A stretch of DNA of 64,000 nucleotides from Octopus vulgaris (Eukaryota), in the NCBI GenBank assembly GCA_951406725.2, contig OX597826.1, positions 76,074,001-76,138,000 of the forward strand, in the 5' to 3' direction. A model generated the notes under the pieces. The model was not told where the DNA came from, searched no databases, and worked only from the letters and a program-made list of their open reading frames with translations. Within the stretch, counting starts at the first letter, position 1; the number at the start of each line of letters is the position of its first letter. Of the stretch, positions 25,854-39,761 are shown piece by piece. The position numbers and the translations under genes are program-made.

Positions 25854-26479
25854 CAGCTGATAGTTGTTGATGTAGAGAAAAATTGCCTATAGACAGGCTT
25901 ATATATATATACAGGCATTAAAATGACATGGGAAAATTTTCCAGGGATGTCTTCTGCATGAAAAATGTGTAGTTAAGCAGTGGGTGGGGAAGTCAGGCTA
26001 ATGTATTTAATGTAAATGTGCAACCTGCAAAATGACCAATTAAAATGACATTTGTAATGGAAAGAAAAATTCTTTGGCATTTATGCTAATTCTTGTTAAA
26101 GGCAAGGGGGGCAACTCCAGGCATGTTTCAGTGTTATTAGGCCACATCAGCAAAACATAATCCTGCTTATAGTTACTGTGTTAGAATAAATGTATGAGTG
26201 TGTATGTATATACACACACATGTACACACATAATAGTGTGCGAGAAAAACATTGACTAATTAAGCAAATTAAAAAATAAATTAATGACATTGGTAGATTT
26301 CACAGGATTATCTTCTGCATAACAAATAATGCATTTTAGCACTTGAGTGGGTGCTAGTATAGGCATTATTTGTAGCTACTGCTGTGCTTGCATGTGTGCA
26401 AGCTTATATTGCAGGCAAACATGGCAAATTTTACTACTTCTCTGTAGATTGAAACATTGGTGAGCAGTCTTACTTGATT

Positions 26480-26700
26480 GACTGCAGGAAGGGTGAGGGG
26501 GCAGCTTCAGTGCCAATCTCTGTCAAAAGGTTGGTCACTCAGATGGAACTGTGGACTGGTGCAGGTGTTCTGGCCTTTTGCACCAACTCCCTCAAAACCT
26601 CCACAAAGTACACTTTGTTGACCAGTTGGCCAGAGGGAACCCAATGGATGTAGATGATGCCCTTGCTGTTGAATAAAGGGATCATCCTGTGCTTTCCAGT
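26480..26700 (-). mobile_element. Mariner transposase internal fragment
   Basis: Reverse frame reads LFNSKGIIYIHWVPSGQLVNKVYFVEVLRE. Confidence 0.65.
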
Positions 26701-28492
26701 GGACTTGCTGGTTCTGTAAGTTCAAATGTCTTGTTTTCATAAGTTTTGAATCAAAATCTTCCACCAAACTATGGCTCTGGGTCATCCAAAGCTTTGTGAA
26801 TGGACTTCATAGATGGAAAGAAGCTTGCCACACATATATGTGTATGAGTGTGTGTGTGTGTGCATGTGTGTGTGTTTGTGTGTTTGTGTGTGTTTGTGTG
26901 TGTGTGTATGAGTGTGTGTGTATGTGTGAGTGTGTGTATGAGTGTGTGTGTGTGTGTGTGTGTTATTGTCTCCTTGTCTTGACATTGCATGAGTGTTGTA
27001 AATGAGTGTCACCGTCGTGTAGGCGGTGTCTTTCATTTCCAACCACAGAGAAATATTACCTTATTTGGAAGCAGGTAAGGGTTGGTGGCAGGAAGGGCAT
27101 CCGGCCAAAGAAAATCTGGCCTCAATAAACTCCATCCAACCCATGCACGAATGGAAAAGGCGATGATGACGACAAGAACGATGTAAGGCATCCTACTGAG
27201 AAACATAAATTGGCAGGGAAGGCCTTGTTTGATTGACTGTTTCCTGTCTCTCAGCCTGATGATATTCCTTGATTTCATTTCCTACAAAGGTGTCTGGGGT
27301 GGGGTCAGTAGACTGTTTGAATTGACCTGGAACTGTTGATGCACGGCAGGAGGTAATCATACCCACTTGCGATAACAACAGGGAAGATTACTCTGAGATC
27401 AGTTCAAAGTCCAGTTAAAAATGCTTGGATATCAACAGCCACTGGTTTGAGCTTTCATTGTAATTCAGGTATTCTAATCAATTCTCTTTGTATTTACAAA
27501 TACTTTTGGGCAACTTTGTGTGTCTGTGTGTGTGTGTATCATATTCATCATCATTTAGCATCCATTGTCCATGCTGGCATGGGTTGGACTGTTTGACCAG
27601 GGCTGCAAGGCTGCACCAGACTCAAGTCTGATTTGGTATGATTTCTCCAGCTGGGTGCCCTTCCTAACGCCAACCACTCCGAGAGTGTATTGGGTGCTTT
27701 TCTACATGCCATTTGTGTGACACCGTTATCTGCCGTGATTGCGAATTTGCTCGGCTTGATGGGTCTTCTTCTTCTCAAGCACAACATAATGCCAAAGGTC
27801 TTGGTCATTGCCTCTGTGAGGCCCAACACTCAAAAAGAGCTCAGCCACTTTGCCTCCATAAAGCCCAACACTCAAAAGGTGCCGTTTGCATGCCACCAGC
27901 ATGGGTTCCAGTTATGTGACACCAGCATCAGCCACAACCACAATTTCACTTGGCTTGATGAGTCTTCTCAAGCACAGCATGTGTGTGTAAGCTAAAATAG
28001 AGAGACACTTAAAAATAAAGATAGAAATAAAACATCTTCCATCTGCAAGTATGAGAGACATATTCAATGAAATATGCCGGTGTAGTGTAAATTGGCAACA
28101 ACAGAAGCAGTAATAGATAAATATTTTGGAATAGCATTCTGTATATCATACTTAACTCAGATCTACTATAAAAAGCCTTGAAACTGTGGTATTTGTCTCA
28201 AGAAAGCATCTCACATACAAGTGGTGTTAAAAACACAAAAATATATCAACAGAAAAGTGTTTAACAGCAGGTGTGGAATTCTTAAATGCGTATTTCTGCA
28301 TCATTGAGCATCATCAATAACATGTATCCACAAGTAGTCACATGTTAAGATAAATTTGGTTTCTATTGATATGGAAGAGTAGTGATTAATAAATCACTTG
28401 TGTTGTAAATAGCTGGCAAGCAGATTAAAAATTTATTACTGATAGAAGCAGTATTATATAAATATATATATATATTTATATATACACACACA

Positions 28493-29711
28493 CCGTATAT
28501 ACGTAAGTAATATTCTCTTTTGCTTTCTTTTACTTGTTTCAGTCATTTAACTGCGGCCATGCTCGAGCAAATCGACCCTAGGACTTATTCTTTGTAAGCC
28601 TAGTACTTATTCTATCTGTGCCTTTCGCTGAACCGCTAAGTTATGGGGATGTAAACGCACCACCATTGGTTGTCAAGCAATGTTGGGGAGGGGGGGGACA
28701 AACACAGACACGCAAACATATACACACTCATACATATATGACAGGCTTCTTTCAGTTTCTGTCTACCAAATCCACTCGCAAAGCTTTGGTCGGCCCAAGG
28801 CTATAGTAGAAGACACTTGCCCAAGGTGCCACGCAGTGGGAATGAACCTGGAACCATGTGGTTGCTAAGCAAGTTACTTACCACACAGCCACTCAATAGT
28901 CGATGTCATGTAAAAGTCAATCCCTATTTTTAGCCAAAAATTCGGGTATTTTCCATAGGCCCTGTATAAAAGTCAACCTTAGTATTTCATGAACAACAGG
29001 ACATTTGTGGGTCAAGGTCAGTATTATTCTGTATAATAGAGCAGGCTACCTTACTGTAGCTTGCTCTATGGCTGGAATGGTCAGTGCTTATAGTAAAACA
29101 CGATTTAATAGCAAGCACTACACATTTGTTGATGGGTGCTACATCACCATTACTAAAATGAATGCACAAGATATGCTGCAAGCGTGCATACATCTTTAAG
29201 CCAAATAAACACATGCGTCATACACTCGTTGTTTACACGGTGAGAAACGTGTTTCACAGACAGCACTATCGGTGAACAACAGAGTAGGTATCAGCTGTAT
29301 GCACCGTACTGCAATAAGTAGTGGCATGGCGGTATCGGATAGATATGTTATCGGTAGCAATATAACAGAATTATGAGATATAAATTGATTTTACTCGGTG
29401 AGTCTGTTACGTTGGATGGATACAAATAAAAGAGATAAGGTAAATATGAGCTACGTGGCTTTGTTTATGGATTTTGTTATTTATTAGGACGTGTGTTGTG
29501 ATGCATAGAATTGCTAATATTACTGCAATTGATTGCGTCTTTGTTTTTATTTGCTTAGAGATCAGTTGGACGTCTGCTGTTGACACGGTACTTCGGATTC
29601 TAATTTGAATTTCAGCCCCTCAAAAGTGGTATCCATGTAATAGTGGACCTCATAAATTTGACCTTAAAAAAAAATGGTCTAAAAAATTTGACTTTTACAC
29701 AAGTATTAAGG
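28493..29711. mobile_element. Tc2/pogo-like non-autonomous DNA element; left end interrupted by a minus-strand SINE A (about 28513-28894)
   Basis: Left end ccgtatatacgtaagtaata|gtcga versus right end ttgacttttacacaagtattaagg-ta. Confidence 0.5.
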
Positions 29712-29795
29712 TATATGTATATATATATATTCTAACTACATGTGAATTGTTGGCGATTTTATTCCTCTGTTTTCTTTTCTATTGGACTTTCCTCT

Positions 29796-29830
29796 GCTTC
29801 CGAAGAAGAGTTTTGCTCGAAACGTTAAAC
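29796..29830 (+). ncRNA. Minimal hammerhead-like motif, U4C variant
   Basis: GCTT-CCGAAGA-A-GAGT(TTT)GCTC-GAAA-CG-TT-AAAC. Confidence 0.55.
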
Positions 29831-30475
29831 CATCTTTGTTCCTTCCCTGAGTGTCTGTTAATACTTTACATGTACTATGTCCTTGCTTTGTTGTTGTTCT
29901 TTTTTGGGGATTTACTATATAAATATATATATATCATCATCATCATCGTTTAACATCCGTTTTCCGTGCTAGCACGGGATATTATACATATATATATATA
30001 TTTTACATATATGCCTGCGTCGCCTTACTAGCACTTGTGCTGGTGTCACTTGAAAAAACATTCGAGTGAGTTTGTTGCCAGTGCCGCAGGACTGGCTCCT
30101 GTGCAGGTGGCACATAAAAAGCACCATTTGAGCGTGGCCGTTGCCAGTACCGCCTAACTGGCTCTCGTGCCGGTGGCATGTAAAAGCACCCACTACATTC
30201 TCAGAGTGGTTGGCGTTAGGAAGGGCATCCAGCTGTAGAAACTCTGCCAGATCAAGATTGAAGCCTGGTGCAGCCATCTGGTTCAGCAGACCTCAGTCAA
30301 ATCATCCAACCCATTCTAGATGGAAAGCGGACGTTAAACGATGATGATGAGGGGGAGGAGAAAGTTCCATCTTACTTAGCAGTCATTCTAATAGCTCTTT
30401 TGTCTTAATAACGATCAATCACACAGTAATTTCCCTTCGTTTAACAATCATTTACAAAGCATTTTTTCGATGGCC

Positions 30476-30538
30476 TGATAACTGAAGAGATGCCTGTGTG
30501 GGTTTCCGCCCCGACATCCGAAACTCGGAGTTTTATCA
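30476..30538 (+). ncRNA. Hammerhead motif with extended stem II
   Basis: TGATAA-CTGAAGA-GATG...CATCC-GAAA-CTC(G)GAG-TT-TTATCA. Confidence 0.72.
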
Positions 30539-31622
30539 TGGCTACCAAACAATTGTCACAGATTATATTTACAGATATATATATATTTAGCACATTTTCA
30601 ACTCTTTCTTATCACCACCATCATTTAATGTCTGTTTTCCATGCTGGCATGGGTTGACGACAGAAGCTGACCAGCTGAAGGGCTGTTCAGACTCCATCTA
30701 TGTTTTGGCATGGTTTCTATGGCTGGATGCCCTTCCTCGAGCCAACCACTTTACAGAGTGTACTGGGTGCTTTTATGTAGTACCAGTATGGGTGCTTTTA
30801 CTTTGCCCTGACACCCCCAAGCCTGCAAGATTAGGAATGCTCAACTGAAGAGGGATGTAGGGGTCAAGCCTGTATGCAAGGCCAACCACATATTTACTTA
30901 GCTTGTCTTGTGTTCTCAAGCATAGCAAACCATAAATACCCCTGATGAGCCTGTACCCTATCATCATTTAACATCCATTTTCCATGCTGGCATGGGTTGG
31001 ACAGTGTGAGAGAAGCTTGTTAGTCGGCACCATGTATGTTTTGGCATGGTTTCTACGGTTGGATGCCCTTCCTAATGCTAACCACTTTACAGTGTACTGG
31101 GAGCTCTTCACGTGGCACCAGCAAGGACACTTTTTATGTGGCACCAGCACTTATGAGCCTGCAAGATTAGGGATCGTCAGCTAGAGAGGGTTACAAGGGA
31201 CAAGCCTGGATTTGAACTTCTAACATAAATGGACCAAAAGGCAACTTGTCAGGCGCATTCTACTAATTCAACTAATCCACCAGCCTGTCAATGAATGCTA
31301 AAATATTAAAAAAAATTTTTATTTACCATTGCAGTTTTAATGTAAATCAAATAAGTAAATGATATTAAACATAATAATCACTAATTTGAGAGAGAAAGTA
31401 AAAAAATGCAAAAGATCCACTAATGGGATTAATTATATTAATGAGATTAATTATATCTCAAATTACTGAGCATAATATTTAATACCATCATCATCATTTA
31501 ATATCCACGTTTCATGCTCACACAAGTTGAGCAATTTTAACAGGATCCAATGGGCCCAAGCATCACATTGTGCTCCGGTATCCTGCTTTGGTAAGGTTTC
31601 TTCAGCTGGATGCATTTCTTAA

Positions 31623-31844
31623 CCCTTTCGTTACCAACCCGGCCAAAACCAGCTCTGGCTGTGTTGTACAAATGTCTGGTTTTCATAAGTTTTGAATTAA
31701 AGTCTTCCACCAAAACCTTAGTCACAATTTATGTTCCTAACACTAGCTAAATGGTAACTAAGTTATTTTACTAAGTTCTTTGTTATATTTAAAGTAATTG
31801 AAAGAAACATAGAGCATCTCAACAGAAATATGGTAACAAAAGGG
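31623..31844. mobile_element. piggyBac-type MITE, copy 1
   Basis: TTAA|CCCTTTCGTTACCA...TGGTAACAAAAGGG|TTAA. Confidence 0.8.
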
Positions 31845-31875
31845 TTAAAATATATAATACAGAAACCATTCTTAA

Positions 31876-32096
31876 CCATTTCAATACCAACCTACCTGAA
31901 ACTGCCTCTGGCTCTGTAGTACAAATGTCTCGTTTTCATAAGTTTTGAATTAAAATCTTCCACCAAACCTTAGTCACAATTTATTTTCCTAACACTAGTT
32001 TAATGATAACTAAGTTATTTTACTAAATTCTTTGTTATATTTAAAGTAATTGAAAGAAACACGGCGCATCTCAAATTGAATACAGTAATGAAAGAG
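31876..32096. mobile_element. piggyBac-type MITE, adjacent copy 2
   Basis: TTAA flanks; body highly similar to copy 1. Confidence 0.75.
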
Positions 32097-32234
32097 TTAA
32101 TGCCAAAAATATATTCAAAAATACCAGCTGCCCTAACCAGGGTTGGCAAATTTGATGAGTTTCTGGAATTAAAAAATGGTGCAAAATTAATAACAAAGAA
32201 AGCAGGGAATTGTTGGGTGTTTTTCCTCATTTTT

Positions 32235-32240
32235 TTTATT
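32235..32240 (-). terminator. Candidate RBX1 polyadenylation signal AATAAA
   Basis: First minus-strand AATAAA noticed downstream of the gene, about 135 nt after the stop. Confidence 0.4.
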
Positions 32241-32373
32241 TCTTAGAATTTATATGAAGCATTAAATGACTTAGAAAAGAGAAAACAGGTTGTGACATAC
32301 ATAACAGTGTTAAGCAAGGTATACATAAATGAGAGGTAAATATATAAAACAGAGCTTGTATGAAGGGAGCCAA

Positions 32374-32386
32374 TCAATGTCCATAC
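32374..32386 (-). CDS. RBX1: RING-box protein 1, exon 6: (K)YGH-stop
   Basis: ttttctcttttcag|G TAT GGA CAT TGA completes the conserved EFQKYGH terminus. Confidence 0.9.
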
Positions 32387-33553
32387 CTGAAAAGAGAAAA
32401 GAGAAAATATTATGATTGCATAGTTTAGTATTTTGGTAGAGTCGTTTTATACACACACACACAGACAAACCATTTTCAATATTTTAATGTCTGTTTTCCG
32501 ATGCTGACGTAGTTGGATAAGATGCCCCTATTTACCTTATTGATGTTGTCCAGTACCCTGAGATTTAAACACACAATTCCTTCCAAAGTTTTCCTGTTCA
32601 ACAGGCAACCCTCATCATTCACCATTGTTTTAACATCTACTTTTCTATGCTTGCATGGGTCAGAAATAGTTTATTAAAATCGGATGCCCCGCCTGTCACC
32701 AACGTTCACCTGTTTCCAAGCATTATGTAATATTTCCTAATGGCCAGACATGATTCTTGCAGGCTATTGGAAATGACTGACACTATTTGGGATGCTCATT
32801 TGAGACATGCACACACTCACACAGACAACAGGCTTCTTTCAGTTTCCACCTACAAAATCCACTCATAAGGCTTTGTTTGGCTGGAGGTTATAGAAGACAC
32901 TTGCCCAAGGTGCTACAAAGAACTAAACCCAAAACCACATGGTAGGAAAGCAAGCTTTTTTCATCCCACAGCCATGCCTACCCCTCAAGAATAAAAGGCA
33001 ATGTCCTCAGCAAGATTCCAACTCAAAATGCAGAGAACCAGAATAAATACCACAAGGTATTTTGTCCAGCTTTCTTAACAACTATACCACTTCACAATCC
33101 ATAATTGACAATATGACTGCTTCATATTTTCACTGTCTTACTCTCCATTAGCTTAGATACCAAGTGATGCTACTAAAATTAGATATTTTACTGCCTAACA
33201 GAATATTGATTTCTAATTTTGGCACAAGGCCAGCAATTTCTGGAGCAGGGGTAAGTCAATCACATCAATACCTATGCTCAACCTGTACTTATTCTGTCAG
33301 CTTTGCTGCTTCACTACATACAAGAATATTAATCCTTCTTATATCAACGTCCCTGAGACCAAGTTTCTCCTATTTAAATGAAAACCACAATCAAAATACT
33401 ATTATAATAACTGGTGATTTCAGTGGTTAACACTAGATTAATATATACAGGTACACCTCTACTTACAGCGAGTAATTTGTTCCCAAGACACCTGACTTGA
33501 CTTGAAAAAAATGATGTTACACAAAAAGACATTTTAAATTCAAAAACTTTATT

Positions 33554-33960
33554 TGAGAACCCAATATGGTTCGAAAATCGATTAAGGTTGTTTGTCATTT
33601 TTTTCAGTTTGCAGATAAATTGTTAAAATTTGCCCAGTTTACAATTATGCCATATGTCACATATTCGTTACATCATACCATGATACTGTGTGAACTAAGA
33701 TCCCCATTGACAGGCCACTGGTATTTATAGAGTGTTAAACACTTTCGGTATGAAAATTAGGGACTCTTTCATAGAGTTAACAGCTGCATTTGTTGAGTAT
33801 ATAAACTGTTTGGCTGCTTGTCTCTCTGGAGACTGTCAGAATGTTGTAGACGCCTCTGATGAGAACCCAATAAGGTTCGAAAATCAATTAAGTTTGTTCA
33901 TAATTTTTTTTTTTAGTCAGCAGAGAAATTGCTAAAATTTGCCCTGTTTATAATTATACT
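33554..33960 (+). mobile_element. Direct repeat pair (about 100 bp, 306-bp period), each carrying hammerhead sequence
   Basis: Consensus CCT-CTGATGA-GAACC(CAATAW)GGTTC-GAAA-ATCGAT-TA-AGG. Copy 1 is 5'-truncated; copy 2 is at 33853-33893. Confidence 0.7.
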
Positions 33961-33966
33961 ATATTT

Positions 33967-34007
<41 letters not shown>

Positions 34008-35336
34008 TCCAAGGGTTGAACAGAAAGAATACAACAAAGAGAAAAATTAGACAAAAGCAAGATACACAGAAAATTCACAGCAGATTTCCATGTCAGTCAA
34101 TGACCAAGACATCCTTGTGGTTTCATGTTTTTTAACATTGAGACCACTCCATCTTGGCAGTGCCAGAGCATAAAACTTCTGGGAAAAGCAAACAAATGTA
34201 TTATATATATATTTGATTTTTCACTTCAGTACTGGTTTCCAGGAATTGTTTTTAATTATTATACTTTTAAACCTTTAGTATTCAAACCAACCATATCAGA
34301 CCCAAATATTCTATCCTTTTTATGATAAAAGCAGCTAGATCTGACCTCTCACACCTATCTGACAATGTCATCCTAAACATCAACAATCACACCATTGAAA
34401 TCTCAGAGCTAAGAGATAATGCATGATTAATTCAAAACAGTGTGAATCAATAATCATTGAAATTGACAGGTTAATCTGAATTCTGTTAAATATGTTTACT
34501 GAGGCCAACACAAAGTTGGACAAATCGATTGAAGTTGAGGGTTTTTTTTCCCCTTCCTCCTTTATGATGCAGTGTAGTACAGGACATAACTCAAAACAAT
34601 ATAAATTGAGGTATGCCTTGTACTACCAATATATAAAGTAACAAGTGTGTCTTACTAACACTCTCCAAAACTTTATTACATTAAAAATTAATCGCAAACA
34701 CTTAAGGGCAACCTAAACCAATCAATACAGAAAGTGCAAAGGTTTTAAATCTGACTTTTTATGCAGCCATGGGTACAAAAATAGCAGTGATGCTGAAGCT
34801 TGTTTTGCAACTGTAGTTTCAGGTTCAATTTCACTGTCATGCCTATTGGGTATGTTTTTTTTTTTTAAGCCTTTGTGGGGTTGATCAATGCTGCCTCGTG
34901 AGTGGAATTTTGTAGATGTACATTGCACAGAAACATGTGTGTGTGAATGTTTCACTGATGTAAATAATACTTTTTAAAAAACCTTAATAAGCCAGTATTT
35001 TTTTTTTTAGCAATAGGACAAGGACGTTGCTGTCTTAAATAGATACTATCTCATTACTTTTGTGGTGTCATAAACATACTGAATCAGTGATTGGAAGACC
35101 AGAAGCCCACAACTAAAAAACGCTATTGTTTACAGAACACAATATATGTAATACAAACGAAAACTAAGTAATACAATCTGCTTTTCTTCTGTCATTTCAT
35201 TAGATAGCTTTGCTCTAAGTATTTAGGTGGGGTTTTCTTAATCATGTGACCTATTTAATAGTAGGAAATTGAGACTTGCAGCATGGATTTCTACCTTGAA
35301 GATTTTGCCTAACAAATCTTCTCCTTCTTCAAGAGT

Positions 35337-35655
35337 GGATTACAAGGACCATGGATGAAATGTGGTATTTTTGGACTCTGCAAAGGCATTTGACTCCATT
35401 AATCACCGACTTCTCTTGCACAAACTTCAAGCATTCAAGATTCACCCAGTGGTGACTTCTTGGATTTCTTCTTTCCTGAGCCATCAAACCTTTCCGGTGC
35501 AGATAAATGGAGATCTCTCTCCATGGAGACGAATGCCTGCAGTAGCGTTCCCCAGGGGTCGGTGCTGGGGCCAATACTTTTCCTTCTCTATATCAATGAC
35601 CTGCCAGACTTCCTTGATGGAAAGGTCCTCCTATTTGCAGACGGCATCAAACTTG
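35337..35655 (+). mobile_element. CR1/Jockey-group LINE RT fragment
   Basis: FLDSAKAFDSINHRLLLHKL and SVPQGSVLGPILFLLYINDLP...LFAD, frameshifted. Confidence 0.85.
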
Positions 35656-35720
35656 ATAAAGTGGCCAGAAAACATTATTCAAATAAGCAAAATATATAAG
35701 AATAAAAAATAACAGTAAAA

Positions 35721-35778
35721 CTGGCTGACGAGCTTTAAGTGTTGGCTCAGCATAGAAAGTGAAATCAGTTGATGCCAG
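35721..35778 (+). ncRNA. Hammerhead motif with a non-cleavable G at position 17
   Basis: CTGG-CTGACGA-GCTTT...AAAGT-GAAA-TCA(GT)TGA-TG-CCAG. Confidence 0.68.
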
Positions 35779-36109
35779 AATGTCTATGTTCTTGTTTGTA
35801 TTTTACTAGATGGAGGAATGTTTTGCTCAAGGTGCCACACAGTGAAAGTGAACTTTAATTCACCTGGTCAGGAAATAAACTTCTTAACCACACTGCACCT
35901 AGTAACTCAAACCAACACTCACACACACACATACACATATACCTGCGCGCACACACGAACACACACCCATACCTGCGCATGCACACACATATACACACAC
36001 TTGCATGCACACACACACAAACACACCTGCATGCACACACATGTACGCACACGCACACACCTGCATGCACACACACACATGTAGAGAGAAAGATGTTCTT
36101 CACCACTTA

Positions 36110-36331
<222 letters not shown>

Positions 36332-36849
36332 TTAGCTCAGACCAGTGAAGGGTGAAATGGGGGGCATGTGGCTTAGTGGTCAGTGTGTTGGACTCATGAC
36401 TGTAAGATTGTGGTTTCGATTCCTGGACTGGGTGATGCATTGTATTCTTCAGCTAAGCACTTCATTTCACATCGCTCCAGTTCACTCAGCCAGCAAAAAC
36501 GAGTAACTCTGCGATGGACTGGTGACCCATCCTGGAGGGGAATATATACACCATGAAACCTTAAGAGTTGGCAAAATTCAAGAAGATCACTTTACTTTAG
36601 TGATGGGCAAACTGCAGCTCATGCGACTTCCTGAGTGGCACACCAAATGAAAAATTACCATCAATTTTTAAATACCTAGTCACCCTCACTAATGAAGAAC
36701 TAGTGAATGAACTCCTATATGGATGCTTAACTTGCAAGAAATAACAGCCAAATCTCACTTGAGATTACATCCCTCAATTTTAAGGGAAGGACATGTCAGA
36801 TAATGTAATCCTAGATACAGTATGCCCACCACAAAGTTCAGTTCCTGTT

Positions 36850-37877
36850 ATGGTATGGTGACTTTTATGCCTCAATGACCTTGAAAGCCAATGCCAACTG
36901 AGTGCAGGCTCCATGTAGGACAGATCAAAGGATAGAAGTCAGGCTAATATAGACCACCTCTTCCTAGAGGTAAAAATGGGTTTGTATAGGTCCAACAACC
37001 CTACCTAGAAAAAGCCAGGTTACAGGGGCATCAGCTACAATTCCAAACCAAGACCTGGGAGAAGGCCTTCCTTCAGGGAAACATATGATGTGGCTGTGCA
37101 GCAAAATCTGAAAGGAGCCAACATCCTGTACTACACGTAAGGCCCTGACCTGGAATCTATAAAGGAGGCAACACTGGCGGTGCCTGTGGGACAGAAGAGA
37201 GATCTCCTCGGTGACCAAAAGGGCGAATCTACTAGGCCATCGTTCGTACTATCCTCCTCTATGGTTGTGAAACATGGCCTATGAGGGTAGTCGATCAGCG
37301 AGGGCTGGAGGTGTTCAACAATGACTGTCTCCACCACATTCTTCGCTGCCGACACATTGATCGGGTTCCTTCAGCCGGTCTTCGTCATCGCCTGAATCTC
37401 CGGCCCCTCCCTTCAGTGCTTCTACAACAGTGCTTAAAGTGGTTCGGTCATGCAGCCCAGTGTCCAGAGGGTGAGCTGGATCGCGATGTCCTCCTCCCAC
37501 CTCCACTTCCCAATTAGCGCAAACACACGGGCGGGCAGCTGAAGACCAGGGCAACGACGATAAAGGAGGACCTCTCCGATCTCTCAGGTCCACAGGTGGT
37601 CGGTCTGCACAGATGGAACTGCGAATGGCTCGCTATCTCCAGTGACCTCGCAGAGGACCGTCGAGTGTGGGCCGCCAGGACCAGAGAAGAAGCTGGCTCA
37701 ACCTGCCCTGGATGAACGCTGTCACAAGTACAAGTAAATACTATAAAGGAGGTGGAAGAGGGATGCTGAGGTAGAGCTGAAAAAGTAAGGATCCAACTGC
37801 AGAAACACAGAATTGAGAACAGCAGAGAAAAACTGTCAATGACCTATGCTCCACAGGGAGTAAAGGGCCTAAGTAAA
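36850..37877 (+). mobile_element. Internally deleted RTE-clade element (5' UTR joined to 3' end) hosting a nested insertion
   Basis: RTE-like 5' UTR (GCCTCAATGACCTTGAAAGC...ACAACCCTACC), ALTWN motif and 3' end GACCTATGCTCCACAGGGAGTAAAGGGCCTAAGTAA. Confidence 0.6.
37169..37740 (+). mobile_element. 5'-truncated RTE (BovB/SR-like) insertion
   Basis: ILLYGCETWP...LEVFNNDCL...LKWFGH; (CAAGTA)2 tail; 12-bp TSD CTATAAAGGAGG at 37157-37168 and 37741-37752. Confidence 0.85.
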
Positions 37878-37964
37878 AACAATACGCAGTGTGTCATAAA
37901 AAGAAAAAGAATGAAAAACTGAGTAGTTCAAATATATGAGATGGTCATGGCTGGAATGCCTCTA

Positions 37965-38153
<189 letters not shown>

Positions 38154-39761
38154 TTATAAGACAACAAAATAACATCAACAAAAGCTGCTGCTACCACCAC
38201 CACCACCACTACCACTCGGTTGGTTTGATCAAGGCTGACCTTTGGGAGACACAACAATTACAAAGAAAAAATTATTTAATCTACAGGGACACTGAGCCAA
38301 AGCATATTCTGGTTTCAGAGGCATTTAGGGGCAACTAAGAGAACAAGAACATCTCTGAATTGCAGAGGTCTGTTGCTGTTTCTAATCACTTACAGCTGGC
38401 TACGGGTGCAATGTGAAATAAAATGCCCTGGTCGATATCAGTACCGCCTGACTGGCTCCCATGCCAGAGGCATGTAAAAAGCACCCACTACACTGCTGAG
38501 TGGTTGGTGTTAGAAAGGGCATCCAGCTGTAGGAACCATGCCAGATCAGATTGGAAGCCTGGTGCAGCCTCCTGGCTTGCCGGTCCTCAGTCAAACCATC
38601 CAATCCATGCCAGCATGGAAAGCTGACGTTAAACGAGGAGCCAAACACCCTAGCTCTATGCTGTGCACACACAATTACTCCTGACACATTGACTCTTTAA
38701 CATTCAAACCAGCCACATGAGGCTAGATCAAACTAGATCAGGCCTCTCACACCTATCGTACAATGTCATTCCGAAAATAAGCAATCACATCATCTAATTT
38801 TCAAAGATCTGAGATAATGCATGATTGATTCTAAAGAATGGGAATAAATTAGCATTATATTTGACAGGAATGCTAGAGGGTTAATGGCCAAGATCATGCC
38901 AAGATTGAGAAATATTGATAGCTGAGACAATGGAACAACGGACAACTAACAGAATGGTTACTGGATCTACCTTGTCACCAAAAACATAACCAGCTTCACA
39001 GGCAACACCTTTAGCACTCAGTGGCATTGTCTGATAAATTCAGTTGTCATCAAAGTGTAGAATGTAACATTTGAGGCCTTGTTTGCGAGAGTAGGGAAAG
39101 GAGAAAAAGTACTTTTGTTACTTAAATTTCATGGAAAGTAAAATAGCCAATGGCCCAGAATACCAAACTGGTTCTAAACAGACAACAAAGGGAAAGAAAT
39201 GGCTCTCTACTGAACGCTCTCCTAAGACACAATATTTTGGCTCAGAACTTGGAGTTGAGGCCTTTTCATTATTTTGGTGCACTGAAATATTTACTCTTAA
39301 ACGAGAAAGCATTTATTGAATCTGAAGTGAAAGAAAAATAAAGAATTTGGGATAAATAAAATAAAATTCTGGAACCTAACGACAGACGAAATACGGCTAC
39401 GCATTTCGCCTGGTGTGCTAACGTTTCTGCCAACTCGCCTTATATATATTTATAGTTTTAGGCCGAGTAGGCCCTGCCTAACTTTGCCAATCTGAGAAGA
39501 CACGACACTAAATAAACACAATGGATATGAAGAGTGGTAGAGAGAGATACAAGGGAGACAACTATGAAGTTACTAATCTCAATTGTTATACTCGAAAGCA
39601 ACATGTTCCACTTAATTAGCTCCGAGTACAATGTGAGGTTAAGATACGAGCACAATCATATAATTAGTGTTGAGTAGTAAAATATCATATAAGCAGACCC
39701 GACTGTATTCTCTTTTTCAAGCACTGTTACATGATAGATAGCTTTTAAAATGATCATGCTA

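Noticed and set aside
25040-25918. Poly-Thr/His/Val/Gly ORFs (also 19837-20219)
   Set aside because: Trinucleotide repeats open in several frames, with no splice or domain evidence.
27193-27480. 61-aa minus-strand ORF in unique sequence
   Set aside because: In-frame stop just upstream, and no domain or splice support.
36850-37010. HDV-like ribozyme in the RTE 5' UTR
   Set aside because: Plausible for this clade, but I could not trace the nested double pseudoknot in this decayed copy.
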